Positions 4,836-6,258 of a stretch of DNA of 6,258 bases are shown here, piece by piece. Under the pieces are notes generated by a model. It was not told the origin of the DNA, searched no databases, and saw only the letters and a list, made by a program, of their open reading frames with translations. Source of the DNA: a virus; the IMG/VR virus record IMGVR_UViG_3300008807_000508, positions 1 to 6,258 of that record. One strand, given 5' to 3'. How positions within the stretch are numbered: position 1 is the first letter of the stretch; each line of letters begins with the position of its first letter. The position numbers were made by a program, and so were the translations under genes.

Positions 4836-4899
4836 ACCCGCCACCGGCACCCCAAGGCCGCTGGCGGGTTCTCTTGGGGCTTGGGGTAGGGGAACAGGG

Positions 4900-5127
4900 A
4901 TGATTGATCCGCTCATTACCTTCGTGCTGCTGGCGGCCATCGTGGCCGTGTCCATTGGCGGCGCTCGCATCGTTTCGTTGCTGCTCGACCGGCTTGACCG
5001 CACCGCCTCGCAGCGGTCCCGCGAAGCCCAGGTCATCGAACTTGCAAAGGCAGAGATTGCGGCCACGAAGCGCGGCGATCTGCTCGCTGCCGCCGAGCTG
5101 GCCGAAGCACAGGAGCGAGTCGCATGA
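4900..5127 (+). CDS. Hypothetical small membrane protein (75 aa), first gene of the rep operon
   Basis: Real ATG at 4900 with GGGG (4889-4892) upstream. The track ORF 4738..5127 was trimmed to this start. N-terminal TM helix LITFVLLAAIVAVSIGGARIV, then a charged helical tail. High GC3. Its stop overlaps the next start (ATGA). Confidence 0.6.
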   Translation: MIDPLITFVLLAAIVAVSIGGARIVSLLLDRLDRTASQRSREAQVIELAKAEIAATKRGDLLAAAELAEAQERVA

Positions 5128-5300
5128 GCATCCATTCCTTTGCCGTCGAGCTTGCGGAGACCGATATGGGCCTTTTCGCATGCGCGGTGGTGATTGTTGT
5201 CTGCCTCGGCGGCGCAATAGCTTCAATCGTGATTGAGCAGGCATGGCTTGGGATCAGTCGCCTGTGGAAGCTCTGGAAGGGCCGCGCCAATGGTCGGTGA
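5124..5300 (+). CDS. Hypothetical small membrane protein (58 aa)
   Basis: ATG at 5124 with AGGAG (5111-5115) 8 nt upstream. Translation is MSIHSFAVELAETDMGLFACAVVIVVCLGGAIASIVIEQAWLGISRLWKLWKGRANGR, with a central TM helix and a basic tail. It overlaps the rep ATG by 11 nt. Below the track length cutoff. Confidence 0.5.
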   Translation: MSIHSFAVELAETDMGLFACAVVIVVCLGGAIASIVIEQAWLGISRLWKLWKGRANGR

Positions 5301-6258
5301 TCGCGCGGTGCTGGCCGGGTCGGGACTCCCCTCGTCTAACAGGGGAGTCAGTGAATTCAGGAACCCCGAGGGAACCCTGACGGTCGGCATTGACTGGTTT
5401 TCCGCTTCCATCGATCTGCGCGCAGCGCTGGACGAGGTCGCGTTCCGTGATGGCGATAGCTTCGAAGAAGTCCGGCAGTGGATCGAGTTCTCCCCGGAAA
5501 ACGCACGCATTGCGGCCCTGCAAGTGTTCTGCTGGTTTTTCGCCGGGCTGGGTCTTGAACTGGATGAAGCTGCTGGCGGCGGTCGCTTCTACACGTGGCG
5601 AATCAAGATCATCGACGCCGCCAAGAAGTTCGTTGGCATGATCGAGCTGGGTGGCGAGGAGTGCCGTCGCGCGGATGGCACGTACACCGCCCGCATCGAG
5701 CTAACCGGTGATGGCTGCAAGGCAATAGGAGCAGCGCGCTGCGGCCATGCGAAGCGGTGGCTGGAGCTTCGAGCGAAGCTCGAAAGCTGCGCCGGAAGGA
5801 TCACCCGTGTGGATGTTTGCGCCGATGATCTGGTGGGCGACTACCCATTGCGACTGGCGCAGAAGTGGTATTCCGCTGGCGAGTTCGATAACCGTGGTCA
5901 GCGCCCCAAGGCGCAGTTGGTGGACGACTACGACAGCGGCGACGGCAAGACGCTCTATATCGGCGGCAAGAAGTCGGAAAAGCAGCTGCGCGTGTACGAA
6001 AAGGGCAGGGAGCAGGGCGACAAGAATTCACCGTGGGTCCGCTACGAAGCGCAGTTCCGCAACTCCAACCGCAAGGAACTGCCGCTCGACATTCTGCGTG
6101 ATCCGGCCTCCTACCTGCTGGGCGCCTATCCAGTCCTGTCCTTTCTGCGCTGCGTTGCCACGCGTATCGAGATCACGAAAGCCGCTGTTGAAGCGACCTG
6201 GAAAAGCGTTCGTCGCCACATCCGGCGCCAGTACGGCGCGGCCCTCAATTTCATCGCC
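5290..6258 (+). CDS. Rolling-circle replication initiation protein, Rep_trans / RstA-like. This is the N-terminal and central part; the ORF runs off the window end and continues at 1..237 (368 aa in total on the circle).
   Basis: Frame 1 is open from the stop at 5230-5232. ATG at 5290 is preceded by GGAAGG. Translation contains GIDWFSASIDL near the N-terminus, ITRVDVCADD (5800-5829) and LYIGGKKSEKQLRVYEKG (5953-6006, Tyr codon 5995-5997). These resemble the Rep_trans motifs of pT181 RepC and CTXphi RstA. The ORF is absent from the supplied track because it has no stop inside the window. Confidence 0.85.
   Translation, partial: MVGDRAVLAGSGLPSSNRGVSEFRNPEGTLTVGIDWFSASIDLRAALDEVAFRDGDSFEEVRQWIEFSPENARIAALQVFCWFFAGLGLELDEAAGGGRFYTWRIKIIDAAKKFVGMIELGGEECRRADGTYTARIELTGDGCKAIGAARCGHAKRWLELRAKLESCAGRITRVDVCADDLVGDYPLRLAQKWYSAGEFDNRGQRPKAQLVDDYDSGDGKTLYIGGKKSEKQLRVYEKGREQGDKNSPWVRYEAQFRNSNRKELPLDILRDPASYLLGAYPVLSFLRCVATRIEITKAAVEATWKSVRRHIRRQYGAALNFIA
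5324..5349. promoter_or_regulatory. Perfect 9-bp inverted repeat GACTCCCCT-(8 nt)-AGGGGAGTC inside the 5' end of rep
   Basis: Read directly: arms at 5324-5332 and 5341-5349, loop CGTCTAAC. Candidate plus-strand origin hairpin or translational control element. Confidence 0.4.
6160..6258. repeat. Terminal redundancy (copy 2), identical to 1..99
   Basis: Same as copy 1. The overlap lies inside the rep coding sequence. Confidence 0.95.

Larger units (their letters stand above)
1..6159 (+). mobile_element. Complete circular genome of a filamentous (inovirus-like) temperate phage, unit length 6159 bp
   Basis: Canonical inovirus gene order Rep-SSB-small ORF-coat-gIII-gVI-gI(Zot) on one strand. Divergent repressor module on the other strand. 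The window ends overlap by 99 identical nt and the overlap closes the rep ORF in frame. Confidence 0.9.

Noticed and set aside
4768-5244. N-terminal extension of the repressor ORF to 309 aa (track ORF 4315..5244)
   Set aside because: The extension crosses the promoter and operator region and lies antisense to two + strand ORFs. It is Arg/Gly/Pro-rich. The HTH domain begins right at the internal ATG (4767), which I take as the start.

Overview
The window is one complete, circularly permuted genome of a small temperate filamentous (Inoviridae-like) ssDNA phage. Bases 1-99 are identical to 6160-6258, so the unit length is 6159 bp. The duplication falls inside the replication gene and keeps its reading frame, so it is a circular-assembly overlap and not a biological repeat. 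On the + strand the gene order is: Rep_trans/RstA-like replication initiator (5290..6159, continuing at 1..237), gV-like ssDNA-binding protein, small membrane protein, leaderless Pf3-like major coat protein, a hairpin plus T-tract terminator, gIII-like adsorption protein with a Gly/Asp linker, gVI-like protein, and a gI/Zot assembly NTPase. No pIV secretin gene is present. On the - strand lies an accessory and lysogeny module: an HTH repressor divergent from the rep operon, a DUF3653-like ORF, and two small ORFs of unknown function. Points worth a second look: a dif-like XerCD site inside the 3' coding part of the repressor; a compact divergent switch region with overlapping -10 elements, an inverted repeat, competing hairpins and a G-quadruplex motif over the first RBS; a perfect 9-bp hairpin in the 5' end of rep; a terminator-like hairpin encoded within the first codons of the DUF3653-like ORF; and two small membrane ORFs translationally coupled to rep. 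I saw no tRNA, rRNA or CRISPR array. All homology statements come from remembered family motifs, not from searches. Many long ORFs in the supplied track are antisense artefacts of the high GC content.
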